This document shows, in pieces, positions 9,116 through 19,500 of a DNA stretch of 64,000 nucleotides (positions are counted from its first letter, which is position 1; every line of letters starts with the position of its first letter). The notes beneath the pieces are model-generated. The model saw only the letters and a list, made by a program, of their open reading frames with translations, had not been told where the DNA came from and ran no database searches. Source of the DNA: Candidatus Omnitrophota bacterium (GTDB lineage: Bacteria > Omnitrophota > Gorgyraeia > Zapsychrales > Fredricksoniimonadaceae); assembly GCA_903901225.1 (NCBI GenBank), contig CAIUQE010000019.1, forward strand, positions 1,146-65,145, in the 5' to 3' direction. The position numbers were made by a program, and so were the translations under genes.

Positions 9116-10234
9116 ATGTTTAGAAATATACTATATTTCATTATTGGAATATTTTTCATTTTAACGCGCGGGCCATCCCTGGCCTGCGCGGCCGGTGGCA
9201 ATGTGACCGCGGTTGACGCGGCCTTGACCGCTTACGAGAACAGCCAGGCGCAAATATCGTCCTTTTCCCGGCCCGTGATGATGCCGGCGGGCCGCGCGCA
9301 GGCCGGTGGTGTGCCGCAATGGAAATCCTCGCTCGGCGAGATCCAGGAAACGTCGGCGGCCATGCTCGAGACCAATGCCAGGCTGACGGCGGAGGAGAAT
9401 CAGCTTAAAACCGATTTCGACGACCTGACCGCGCGCACGGAAGCCCTGGCGATGAAGAATGCACAGCAGGCCGGCGAGCTTGCACGCATGGAGAAGCTCG
9501 GCGGCACCGATGAAATGTTGCGGCTCAAGGAAGTCCTCGAGGACCGCGACCGAGCCCTCCGGGAGCAGCAGGCCGCTCTGGGTCCCATGCGGATTCGGCA
9601 GAAAAGTTACCAGAACAAGCTGGCGCTGGCGCGTTTGCGCGTCGCTGAGCTTGAGATCGACAGGAAGTCCGCCGAAATTGACGGGAAGGTGCGTGAAGAC
9701 GGGGCGCTCGCGGCCCTGCGCGCGGACAAGGCCAGGATCAGGGCTGGCGTTTCAAAGGTGCGCGAGCAGGCCGGCCTGCTGCGCGAGAAGATCGTCGAGC
9801 TCAAGCGGGTTGACGGCCGCGACCTGCCGCAATTGCACGAGTTGAAAGTCCGTAATGCCGGGCTGAGGGACCGTTTGAGAACGTTGCAGGCGGATGATGA
9901 CGCCGCTCGGGCAAAGCTGAACACGCTTGACGACAAGAAAACAAAAGCCTGTTCGGAGCCTAATATTGCCCGGGTCAGGGAGCTTGCGGCGCGGCGTGAG
10001 GCGCTGGCCGGGCAGTTGCAGGATAATAGCATCAAACTGATGGCACTGAAGAAAGATAACGCGGCCGATGGCCAGGATGATTTATCCGCCACAAAGGCTG
10101 ATATCGAGAAGCTGGACCGCCAGAACGTCGCCATGGACCAGGAGATCGGCGACCTGCGCGAGAATATTGCCCTTCTGGAGTATAAGATCAACACGTTGCA
10201 GCGTTACACGGACCGCAACAAGCCCGGGCATTAA
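9116..10234 (+). CDS. Exported coiled-coil hypothetical protein
   Basis: Hydrophobic N-terminus followed by long heptad-rich helical sequence; TATAAT at 9102-9107. Confidence 0.7.
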   Translation: MFRNILYFIIGIFFILTRGPSLACAAGGNVTAVDAALTAYENSQAQISSFSRPVMMPAGRAQAGGVPQWKSSLGEIQETSAAMLETNARLTAEENQLKTDFDDLTARTEALAMKNAQQAGELARMEKLGGTDEMLRLKEVLEDRDRALREQQAALGPMRIRQKSYQNKLALARLRVAELEIDRKSAEIDGKVREDGALAALRADKARIRAGVSKVREQAGLLREKIVELKRVDGRDLPQLHELKVRNAGLRDRLRTLQADDDAARAKLNTLDDKKTKACSEPNIARVRELAARREALAGQLQDNSIKLMALKKDNAADGQDDLSATKADIEKLDRQNVAMDQEIGDLRENIALLEYKINTLQRYTDRNKPGH

Positions 10235-10252
10235 CGGGATAAAGGAGTTGTC

Positions 10253-10738
10253 ATGAAAGATATTCTTGAGATCCTCGTTAACGACGCGCGCACGACGCCG
10301 GAGGAGATCGCGAAGTTGACCGGCCAGAAGGCGGCGGATGTTAAAAAGCAGATCAAGAAATACGAGGATGGCGGGACGATCGTCCAGTACAAGGCCATCA
10401 TCAATCCCGAGATGATCGAGGGCAACCAGAACCTTGTCCGCGCGCTTATCGAGGTCAGCATCACGCCGCAGAAGGACGTCGGCTTCGACCATATCGCGGC
10501 GCGCATCTATAATTTTTCCGAGGTCAAGAGCTGCTATCTGGTGTCGGGCAGTTACGACCTCCTGCTGGTCGTTGAAGGCAACAGCATCCAGACCGTGGCG
10601 GAATTCGTTTCCTCGAAATTGTCGTCCATGGAGAACGTGCGCCAGACCTCGACGCATTTCCTGCTGAAGAAGTACAAGGAGGACGGGAAAGTTTTCAAGA
10701 GCGCGCCCCGTCAAAAAAGGCTGAACATCACCTATTAG
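10253..10738 (+). CDS. Lrp/AsnC family transcriptional regulator
   Basis: N-terminal HTH; GFD.IA.RI..F.EVKSCYLVSGSYDLL..VEG; T.THF.LKKYK; paired with an aminotransferase as in yugG-yugH. Confidence 0.92.
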   Translation: MKDILEILVNDARTTPEEIAKLTGQKAADVKKQIKKYEDGGTIVQYKAIINPEMIEGNQNLVRALIEVSITPQKDVGFDHIAARIYNFSEVKSCYLVSGSYDLLLVVEGNSIQTVAEFVSSKLSSMENVRQTSTHFLLKKYKEDGKVFKSAPRQKRLNITY

Positions 10739-10760
10739 AGACTGCCCTTTCGAGGCCATC

Positions 10761-11924
10761 ATGCAAGTAGCTAAACTCGTAGAAGAACTCCCCCCGTCGG
10801 GAATCCGTGCTTTTTTTGATCTCGTGCTCGGGATGAAGGACGTGATCTCGCTCGGCGTCGGTGAGCCGGATTTCGTCACGCCGTGGAATGTCCGGGAGCA
10901 CGCCATTTATTCCCTTGAACAGGGGTACACGTCCTACACGTCCAACAAGGGGCTGCCGGAGTTGCGCAAGGACATCGCGAAGTTCCTGAAATGGCGCCGC
11001 GGCCTGGAGTATGACTGGGACAACGAGATGCTGATCACCGTCGGTGTCAGTGAGGCGATGGACCTTGTTTTTCGCGCGATCCTCAATCCCGGCGAGAAAG
11101 TCCTGGTGCACGAGCCCTGCTTCGTTGCCTACGCGCCGCTGGTGAAGCTGGCAGGCGGAGAGCCGGTGGCGGTTATCACGACCGCGGAGGAGCATTTCAA
11201 GGTCACACCCCGCAAGCTGGAGCAGGCGTACACGAAGGGCGTCAAGGCCATGATCCTGAATTATCCGTGCAATCCGACGGGGACGTCCTACACGCGTCAG
11301 GAACTTTTGGGCATTGCCCGGTTCGCGAAGAAGCACGACCTTTTGGTCATTTCCGACGAAGTTTACGACGAGCTCAGTTATGATTTCGAGCATACGCCCC
11401 TGGCCTCGTTGCCCGGGATGAAGGAGCGCGTCATTTATCTCAACGGCTTTTCCAAGGCCTACGCGATGACGGGGTTCCGCCTCGGCTGGGCCGCTGGGCC
11501 CGCGAAGATACTGGCAGCCATGACCAAGATCCACCAGTACACGATCATGTGCGCGCCCATCACGAGCCAGATGGCCGCCCGTGAGGCGATGCGCAACGGC
11601 GCGAAGGATGTCCAGGCCATGGTGCGCGAGTACAACCGGCGGCGCAATTTTATCGTCGCGTCGCTCAACGAGCTGGGGTTGACGTGCCATATGCCCCAGG
11701 GCGCGTTCTACGCTTTTCCGTCGATCAAAGGCCTGGGGATAAGTTCGCTGGATTTCGCGAAGGAACTCCTGGAGAGAGAAAAAGTGGCGCTGGTGCCGGG
11801 CAACGCGTTCGGTTCACAGTGCAGTGACCATATCCGCATCTCATACGCTTCAAGCTATGACAACCTGCGCGAAGCTGTGGCGCGGATCAAAAAATACATG
11901 GAGTGGCGCCGTGGCAAAAAATAA
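10761..11924 (+). CDS. PLP-dependent aminotransferase class I/II
   Basis: SLGVGEPDF, NYPCNPTG, ISDEVY, NGFSKAYAMTGFRLG, GAFYAFP. Confidence 0.95.
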   Translation: MQVAKLVEELPPSGIRAFFDLVLGMKDVISLGVGEPDFVTPWNVREHAIYSLEQGYTSYTSNKGLPELRKDIAKFLKWRRGLEYDWDNEMLITVGVSEAMDLVFRAILNPGEKVLVHEPCFVAYAPLVKLAGGEPVAVITTAEEHFKVTPRKLEQAYTKGVKAMILNYPCNPTGTSYTRQELLGIARFAKKHDLLVISDEVYDELSYDFEHTPLASLPGMKERVIYLNGFSKAYAMTGFRLGWAAGPAKILAAMTKIHQYTIMCAPITSQMAAREAMRNGAKDVQAMVREYNRRRNFIVASLNELGLTCHMPQGAFYAFPSIKGLGISSLDFAKELLEREKVALVPGNAFGSQCSDHIRISYASSYDNLREAVARIKKYMEWRRGKK

Positions 11925-12303
11925 GACAACGGCCGGCGATCCGCAGTTCGAGGTCGCTTTTTTTGAGAATGTGCTTAAACACAGCCCTGATTTTGTCGAG
12001 GCGCTCGCGGCCCTCGCGGAGCTTTACACGAAGCAGGGGCTTTATGAGAAGGGCCTTGAGCTTGACCGGCGCCTGGCGCGTTTGCGGCCCGATGAGCCGG
12101 TGGTTCTTTATAATCTTGCCTGCAGCCTGTCGCTGGTGGGTGATATCGCGGGGGCTTTCGCGGCGGTCAAGGCGGCCTTCCAGTCCGGGTACGAGGATTT
12201 TGCCCATCTGGAGAAAGACCGCGACCTGTTGAATTTGTTCGGCGATACCGCGTTCCAGGAGTATTACCGCGGCGTGAAGCCCGGTAAAGGCGCGGGAAAA
12301 TAA
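11911..12303 (+). CDS. TPR-repeat protein
   Basis: PDFVEAL..LAELYT..G.YE.GL..D.RL..LRP...V.YNLACSLS; GTG start overlaps the upstream stop region. Confidence 0.8.
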   Translation: MAKNKTTAGDPQFEVAFFENVLKHSPDFVEALAALAELYTKQGLYEKGLELDRRLARLRPDEPVVLYNLACSLSLVGDIAGAFAAVKAAFQSGYEDFAHLEKDRDLLNLFGDTAFQEYYRGVKPGKGAGK

Positions 12304-12315
12304 GAAAGGGAAAAT

Positions 12316-13230
12316 ATGGGCTTGCTTGTTTTGGGAACAGTAGCGCTCGATGATGTGAAGACGCCTTCGGGTGTGAAGAAGAATATGCTGGGAGGTTCTG
12401 CCGCCCACTTCTCCATGAGCGCGCGTCTTTTCGACGACGTGCATGTGGTGGGTGTCGTGGGTAAGGATTTTCCCAAGGTCCACCTTGATTTCCTCAAGCG
12501 CAAGGGGATGAACATCGCATCCCTGACCGTTGCCCCGGGAGAAACGTTCCGTTGGTCCGGTGAATATAAGGTCGAAGACCTTAACAGCGCGATCACGCAC
12601 GCGACACAGCTGGGCGTCCTCGCGGATTACGCGCCCCAGCTGACGGAACAACAGAAGAGCATGGGCCACGTTTTTCTGGCGAACCTCGCGCCGGCGGTGC
12701 AGGAGAAGCTGCTGAAGATGGTGCGTCAGCCCCGCCTGGTGGGGCTGGACACGATGAACTTGTGGATCAACACGGCGGTCAAGGACCTCAAGCGCTTGAT
12801 GAAGAACGTTGACGTGATGGTCCTTAATGACGGCGAGGCAAGGCTTCTCACGGGTGAGCGCAACGCGGTCATGGCCGCGAAGTGCCTGCGCGCGATGGGG
12901 CCGAAGGTCGTTGTCATTAAGAAAGGCGAGCATGGCGTTTACGTGTTCGGAGGGAGCTTTCGTTTCGGGTATCCCGCGTATCCCGTTGAGCGCGTGGTCG
13001 ACCCGACCGGCGCCGGTGACACCTTCGCGGGCGGGCTTTTTGGGTACTTGTCGCGCCTGAAGAAACTGGATGAAAAGGGCCTGCGCCGGGCTGTCGTTTA
13101 CGGCACGGTCCTGGCATCGTTCAATGTCGAAGGTTTTGGCATGGGGCGGACCGCGCCGCTGACCATGAAAGATGTCGAGAAGCGCCTGAAGGATTACCAG
13201 CATTTTTGCGCGTTCGCGCCCGGCGCATGA
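12316..13230 (+). CDS. PfkB family carbohydrate kinase
   Basis: G.VALD...TP, LGGSA, DPTGAGDTFAGG. Confidence 0.93.
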   Translation: MGLLVLGTVALDDVKTPSGVKKNMLGGSAAHFSMSARLFDDVHVVGVVGKDFPKVHLDFLKRKGMNIASLTVAPGETFRWSGEYKVEDLNSAITHATQLGVLADYAPQLTEQQKSMGHVFLANLAPAVQEKLLKMVRQPRLVGLDTMNLWINTAVKDLKRLMKNVDVMVLNDGEARLLTGERNAVMAAKCLRAMGPKVVVIKKGEHGVYVFGGSFRFGYPAYPVERVVDPTGAGDTFAGGLFGYLSRLKKLDEKGLRRAVVYGTVLASFNVEGFGMGRTAPLTMKDVEKRLKDYQHFCAFAPGA

Positions 13231-13505
13231 AGGGAATATCGTTTGAATTCATCGCTCTGGTCGCGTCGGTTGTGATGCCATTGTGGAATATTCCGCTCAT
13301 TGTCAAGGTCATCCAGCGCCGTTCGTCGAACGACATGTCGCTGGCCTGGGCCTGGGGCGTGTGGCTGTGCATGGCGCTGATGCTGCCGTGGGCGGTGCTC
13401 ACGCGGGATAATGTCCTGAGGGTTTTCAGTTTCGTTAATTTCACCCTGTTCTCGGGTGTGCTGATCGCCGTAGTCAAATATTACCGGGGAGCCAAGGATG
13501 CCTGA
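13227..13505 (+). CDS. PQ-loop/SemiSWEET-like 3-TM membrane protein
   Basis: Three hydrophobic segments; P.I.K...R.SS.D.S..W pattern; ATGA overlap with pfkB. Confidence 0.65.
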   Translation: MKGISFEFIALVASVVMPLWNIPLIVKVIQRRSSNDMSLAWAWGVWLCMALMLPWAVLTRDNVLRVFSFVNFTLFSGVLIAVVKYYRGAKDA

Positions 13506-14430
13506 ACTTCAACCGAAACAACACGCCTTGAAATGCGGGTTTGTGTCGATCGTCGGGCGGCCGAACACGGGCAAGTCGACACTCCTCAATTACCTCGTGG
13601 GTGAAAAGGTCGCGATCGTTTCGCCCGTCCCCCAGACCACGCGGACGGCGGTACGGGGCATCTTCACCGACAAGCGCGGGCAGATCGTGTTCGTGGATAC
13701 GCCGGGCTGGCACGCGGGCCGCGACGGGCTTGACCGCTTCATGAATAAATCCTGCCAGAACAGCCTCGAAGGCGTTGATGCCGTTGTTTATGTGGTGGAT
13801 ACCTCGCGGACGGTGGGTGTCGAGGAGCATCAGATCGCGCGGCGCCTGAAGTCCGTCAAGGTGCCGGTGGTGATGGCCCTCAACAAGATCGACCTCAAAG
13901 GCGATCGTATCGGGCAGTACATCGAGCTTTGGGAAGAGGTCAAGGGCCAGAAGATCGATGAGATAACGAATTTCGTGATGATCCCGGTATCCGGGCGCGC
14001 CGGGACCCAGACGGACAAGCTGCTGGATATTCTTTTTGAATTCCTTCCGACGGGCCCTTTCTTTTACGAGGAAGATGTTGTTTCCGACATGCCCCAGAAA
14101 CAGCTGGTCAGCGACATCATCCGTGAAAAACTGTTTTTGCTGACGCGCGAGGAACTGCCGCATTCGATCGCGGTCGTTGTCGAGGAGATGCGCCCCGTCA
14201 AGGGCAAGACCACGCATATCCGCGCGGTGATCTTCGTGGAGCGCGATTCCCAGAAAGAGATCATCATTGGCGCCAAAGGCCAGATGGTCAAGAAGGTCGG
14301 CACCCTGGCCCGCGAGGAACTTGAGGTCCTGCTGGGTAACAAAGTTTTTCTGGAGTTGCACGTCAAGGCGCAGAAGAACTGGCGCGATGACCACGGCATG
14401 CTCGCCGACATGGGCTATATTTTTGAATGA
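13498..14430 (+). CDS. era: GTPase Era
   Basis: GFVSIVGRPNTGKSTL, PQTTR, DTPG, NKID, and KH domain VERDSQK.IIIG.KG. Confidence 0.96.
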   Translation: MPELQPKQHALKCGFVSIVGRPNTGKSTLLNYLVGEKVAIVSPVPQTTRTAVRGIFTDKRGQIVFVDTPGWHAGRDGLDRFMNKSCQNSLEGVDAVVYVVDTSRTVGVEEHQIARRLKSVKVPVVMALNKIDLKGDRIGQYIELWEEVKGQKIDEITNFVMIPVSGRAGTQTDKLLDILFEFLPTGPFFYEEDVVSDMPQKQLVSDIIREKLFLLTREELPHSIAVVVEEMRPVKGKTTHIRAVIFVERDSQKEIIIGAKGQMVKKVGTLAREELEVLLGNKVFLELHVKAQKNWRDDHGMLADMGYIFE

Positions 14431-14499
14431 TGCACGCCTTAACGCCGTCAACCTGATGGCCGGCCTTATCCCTCTGCGAACGATTCCTTCTTCCTGAAT

Positions 14500-15519
14500 T
14501 TACGTGTTCTCGATCCTGCGCCAGTCGGTGAAGACCGGGTCGATGCCGTGGGCTTTGAGGTATGCGATGGTGTCGGCCGCGCTGCGGTCGTCGGCAATAT
14601 CGAACTGGGGATCGGCGGCCGTCGTGTCATTGTAGCCGCCGACGGTTGTCCTTGATCCGATGGATACTTTTGTCACGCACAAGCCCATGAGGCGGTTGCG
14701 CATCGTCGGAGTTTCGCGCGTTGAGAGGTTGATGCCGGTGTGGGGGAACAGGGCGCGCGTCAGGCATAATATTTTGACGAACGTCGCGTCATCGACATCG
14801 TTCGGCGCGAGGGCTTTTGCCTTGATGGTGCGCAGGCGGGGGAACGAGAGGCTGTATTCCACGCCCGGGAATTTCTTCTCAAGCCCGCGCAGGTGGTTGT
14901 AAAGCGCGGACAGGTCTTGAGCCAAAGGTCCGAGACCGAGCAGGATGCCCAGCGAGATCTGGCGCATGCCGGCTTTGGCGATGCGCTCCGGCGCGCCGTA
15001 GCGAAAAGCATAGTCCCTTTTTTGACCCGCCAGATGAACCTCGCTGTAACGGCTACGATCATAAGTCTCCTGATAGACCGTAACTCCGTCGGCACCGGCA
15101 AGATAAAGCGTGCGGTAGTCATTCTCAGTCATGGGGAAGACTTCGAGTGAAATTCCCTGAAAATATTTTTTGGCCAGCGTTACGGCATCCTTCAGATAGC
15201 CGACGGGCGTGGCCTGCGGCGATTCCCCGGTCAATAACAGGATGTTCTGCACGCCCGTGCGCGCGATGGCCCGCATTTCCGCGTCCATCTGCGCCGGTGT
15301 GAGCTTGACGCGCGTGATCTTGCGGCGGTTGTGGAACCCGCAGTAGGTGCAATGGCTCGTGCAATAATTGGACAGATAGAGCGGGGTGTAAAGCCCGATG
15401 GCTTTCCCGAAATGCCCAAGGGTCAGGCGCCGGGCGTCCTGGGCCAGGGCTTCAAGCTTGACGGGATCGGGGTCATGGAGAACAGCGTTGATGGCTTCGG
15501 GCGTGATATTGGGGCGCAT
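14500..15519 (-). CDS. thiH: 2-iminoacetate synthase (radical SAM tyrosine lyase)
   Basis: YTPLYLSNYCTSHCTYCGF, LLLTGE, YQETY, LSTRE, GS.T.VGGY, QF.I.D.RS; adjacent to thiG. Confidence 0.9.
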   Translation of the reverse strand: MRPNITPEAINAVLHDPDPVKLEALAQDARRLTLGHFGKAIGLYTPLYLSNYCTSHCTYCGFHNRRKITRVKLTPAQMDAEMRAIARTGVQNILLLTGESPQATPVGYLKDAVTLAKKYFQGISLEVFPMTENDYRTLYLAGADGVTVYQETYDRSRYSEVHLAGQKRDYAFRYGAPERIAKAGMRQISLGILLGLGPLAQDLSALYNHLRGLEKKFPGVEYSLSFPRLRTIKAKALAPNDVDDATFVKILCLTRALFPHTGINLSTRETPTMRNRLMGLCVTKVSIGSRTTVGGYNDTTAADPQFDIADDRSAADTIAYLKAHGIDPVFTDWRRIENT

Positions 15520-15538
15520 GGCGTTGATAACAAAACCT

Positions 15539-16513
15539 TTATTCGAACAGGAAGCCGGTCAGCGGTGAAGACGCTTCTCCCATAGGACGCTTTGCCGGCA
15601 GTCCGCTAAGATAAGCGGTGCGTCCGGCCTCGACGGCCTGCGCGAAGGCTTTGGCCATGGCGGCAGGGTTGTCGGCGATGGCCACAGCAGTATTTACCAG
15701 CACCGCGCTGGCCCCGAGTTCCATGGCCTCGCAGGCATGGGACGGCGCGCCGATGCCGGCATCCACGATGACGGGAATGTCGATCTCCTCGATCAGGACC
15801 TTGATGAAATCGCGCGCGCGCAAACCCTGGTTCGAACCGATGAAAGATCCCAGCGGCATGATGGCCGCGGCACCTGCTTCGACGAGCCGGCGCGCCACAT
15901 AAAGGTCTGCCGAAACATAAGGCAGGACCACGAAGCCTTCTGCCGCGAGAATTTTTGTCGCCGTGATGGTGGCTTCATTGTCGGGCAGGAGGTATTTCGA
16001 ATCATTGATGACCTCGACCTTGATCCAGTGGCCCTGGCCCGAGGCTTTCGCCAGGTGCGCAAGGCGCACGGCCTCATCGGCGGTGCGCGCACCCGAGGTG
16101 TTGGTCAACAACGTGACGTTGTTGGGAAGGTATTGCAAAATATTATCTTCATGCTGTTCAAGGTCGATGCGCCGCAGGGCCACGGTGACGATCTCGGCGC
16201 CCGAAGCGAGGATGCTCTCTTTCACGTCCGCCTTGTTCTTGAATTTTCCGGTGCCCAGAAGGAAACGCGACTTGAACTCCTTGTCCGCCAAAATAAAAGG
16301 GTCTGGCTTTGGACTGCCGCCGCCCATGAAGGTGACAAGCTCCAGCGTGTCGTTGGCGGCAATAGGCGTGGCGGCCCAGCGGGCGCGGTCGATGATCTGC
16401 CCGTTCAGTTCAGTGACAACAAGGTTCGGGTCCTTGCAAAGCTGTGCCACGGCGTTCTGCAGCGACGCTTCCCCCGTGATCTCCCGCGTTTTTCCGTTGA
16501 TGGTCAATGTCAT
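15539..16513 (-). CDS. thiG: ThiS-ThiG fusion (sulfur carrier plus thiazole synthase)
   Basis: MTLTINGK...VVTELNGQII...W....DTLELVTFMGGG (ThiS) continues in frame into SRFLLGTGK...WIKVEVI...MPLGSFIGS..G...VDAGIG.PS.A..AMELG..AVLVNTA...ASSP (ThiG). Confidence 0.93.
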   Translation of the reverse strand: MTLTINGKTREITGEASLQNAVAQLCKDPNLVVTELNGQIIDRARWAATPIAANDTLELVTFMGGGSPKPDPFILADKEFKSRFLLGTGKFKNKADVKESILASGAEIVTVALRRIDLEQHEDNILQYLPNNVTLLTNTSGARTADEAVRLAHLAKASGQGHWIKVEVINDSKYLLPDNEATITATKILAAEGFVVLPYVSADLYVARRLVEAGAAAIMPLGSFIGSNQGLRARDFIKVLIEEIDIPVIVDAGIGAPSHACEAMELGASAVLVNTAVAIADNPAAMAKAFAQAVEAGRTAYLSGLPAKRPMGEASSPLTGFLFE

Positions 16514-16520
16514 GGGCGTT

Positions 16521-16549
16521 ATTTTAGGGCATGTGCCCTCAAAAAGCAA
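16521..16549 (-). promoter_or_regulatory. Putative sigma70 promoter for thiS-thiG with a palindrome in the spacer
   Basis: Minus strand TTGCTT-17 nt-TAAAAT, 7 nt before ATG 16513; AGGGCA-TG-TGCCCT at 16526-16539. Confidence 0.45.
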
Positions 16550-16571
16550 AAACAAAACAACTGATCCTTGG

Positions 16572-19500
16572 TTATTCCAGGAATTGCGCGGCGGATACGA
16601 GTGGGGTGAGGGAAGTTATGACCGGGGTCAGCCCTTTGATCTTGCCGGGGGCCATGCGGCTGTCAGCCGGGGCCATGGGGACGGCCTGTCCCGTGGTGTC
16701 CAGTTTCAGCAGGTCAGGATTCATGTCGATACCGCCGGGTGTTGCGGCTTTGTCCGCAGTCGCGGGCATGGCGTGATCGGGGGTCATGTCCACGACTTTT
16801 AATGACAGTTCCTTCTCAAAATAATCCGCGATATCATCAAAGGCTTTTTCGGCCTTTTCTTTGCCTGCAGGAGTGTTTGGGATTATTTTTCTGTCTATGG
16901 CGTGTTCTATAAAAGCGGCGTAGTTTTCCGGGGTCATGCGTAGCTCATACTGTGGCGCGAACACCTGACTGATGAACTGGATCATCGGAATATAGCCGGG
17001 GTGATTTTCTTTCAAATAATCGAACAACGATTTTCCGATCTCGGGCTTGAGGATCGCGCGCCTTTCCTGAAAGTCCTTGTTGGCCAGAAGTTGGAATATC
17101 CCGGAAGTTTGAAGGTCGGCGTTGGTAAATGTATCGGCAGCATTGACCGTGAATGTCTGGACGTCAAGCATGTCGTATGATTCTTTATCAACAGGGATAT
17201 GTTCTACGTTAGGAGCCGCATCAAAATAGGTTCTTTCAATGATCGTCTCGGGTCGATGTAACTGAATAGTTCCTGTTGTGCCGTGGGACATGCGGATCTT
17301 CTTTAATTCATGATCATTCATAAAGAAATTATAAGCGGCTGATCCGGGAGTCAGCATGATGCGGCCGTCTTTGGGAAGATATCTTGAAAGTTCCGCGATC
17401 GCGGCGGCAAAGGCGGGTTCCATGTCGTAGGCCGAACCGGTGTAGATGGGGTCAATATAAGCGCCTTCATCGCCAAGGGCCACATGCGCGGTGGCCAGTT
17501 GCCGTCCGTCCTGGTCATGGACAATGATGAAGCCGGCGGTGGCCTGCAGGGCGGTTTCCAACGGGGTTATTTTCTGGACCCCCTCTGATGAAAAACAACC
17601 CTGCCCCGCCCCTTGTCCGACTGAAGCTTCCTCCAGCAGGTCTTTTCTGAAGGTGATCTTTACGTTCTGTTTTCCATTTTGGCTGGTGATGGCTTTTTCC
17701 AGGGCGTCGATCTCGTTGATCTTGGATTGGAGCTCGCTCAGGGTGTTCTTGTGATCCTGGTTGTTATTGAGTTCAGGCGCGGTGTTGAATTTTATGAAGG
17801 CACCCCGGAATTCTTCAGCATCTTTGGTTGTCTGGATCAGTTTAACGGTATTACTAACGGAAACCGGCATGTCCCTGAATTTAAATTCGCGCCATTCAAG
17901 TTTCTTGACGGAGGCTTCCACCGACTCGACCATGGCGGTCGCTGAATGTCGGATCTGTTCCCTGATCTGGACATCGCTCATGCCCTTGGACAAGGACAAG
18001 TCCAGTTCGATCCCTTCTTCCCAGAGCCGGGGATCCCAGCCATTGCCTACCAGACGCGCAACAGCTTCTTTGTTCCCGAATACCAGATCTTTGAATTCAC
18101 GCTGCATTTCCAAATCAGGGTGTATTTTAAAAGAATCTTTTCCGATCGCCATTAGCTTAGTCCGTAAAGCCCTGCTGGCGGCAGATACACCGGCGTTTTT
18201 GTGGTAAGCATTGAGAAACTCTTTGATCGCATATCTGTATAACGACCAGAGGCGGCTTTCTTCGCCCGATTTTGTAAAAACAGACATGATGGTTCCGATC
18301 TGATTGATGAAAGAAGTGTTCTCAAAGAGAGGCGTAGCATTTTCAGGAACAGGCTCCTGGATCAAACTTTCCAGCAAGGTGGCGCGTAATACGGGCATCT
18401 GGCGCGATATTTGGGCCAATGCCTTGCGCGTGTCGGCGTTCCTTGATGTGGCGGATGTTTGAAGAATTTTATGCCACAGGCGGATCAAGGTCACGCTAGC
18501 GGCTTCAATGGCGCGGCCTGCTTTGAGGTCCGGTGGAAGTTGCGGGTCATGGGGCGAAGCTTTGAAAATTATTTTTGACCGGTCGTTATAACTACCATAG
18601 GCTTCTTTCATCAGCATCACTTCAGTGACAAAGGGAAGGGCGTCCATCTTGTAGCGCAGGTCAATGGATGGGTCATCCAAAAGGGCCAGGGTTTTCTCAC
18701 TAAGCAGTTCGGTTGTTCGATAGCCCCAACTGTGAAGACGATCGATGAATTGCTGCAATCTTTGCATATAGAGCGGCTTGCCGCTTAAAATCGTATCTCG
18801 AACGGCGGATTCAATGCGGCGTTGGTCATTGATATGCTGGTAATTTTTTCTTAAATCGGGTTTATTTCTCTGCGAGGCGGTTTGCAGTAATTCTTTTATC
18901 GGACGCACCTGTTGATCAATGTATATCGCGTAAGTTGCAAGCGTGTGCCCGGCGGCATGCTGGGCAAGGTTTAAAAATATTTTCTGAAAAAGGTTTCTAT
19001 TGTCGTCGTTAACGATCATATAGTTGTTAAGTGCTTTCCCCAGGGTAAGAATGTTCGATGCGATATTGGTGACATTTTTATAAAACTCATCTGCAGGATC
19101 ATCGGTCAGCATTGTTCCCAAGTTTGCAGGCAAAGGGGCTTTAAGGATGTTTTCAATAATAGATCGACGCAGCCCAGGCATTAAGGCGTCAACGGCCTCG
19201 GGTGTTCCCGCGTTAACGGGTTGTGCCAGAATACGGTCGGTAGCGACAAAGACAGCATCAAAAGCGGGGCGCTCGTCCTGAAGTGAACCTTGCATCAGGT
19301 TTGCCAGATACGCAATAGCTCCCACGCTGTGCATGATCTTGAAGCGCATATCAGCCGCTATCGTTTGGTCCATGATGACAGGCATGATGTTGGGGGTTTT
19401 TGGTAAAAGAATTTGACGAAATTTTTTATGTGTGAGTAGTTGTGTGAGATCTTTAATGGGTTGAACATCGCCATCAAGGCAAACTTCCGTGATAAGTTCC

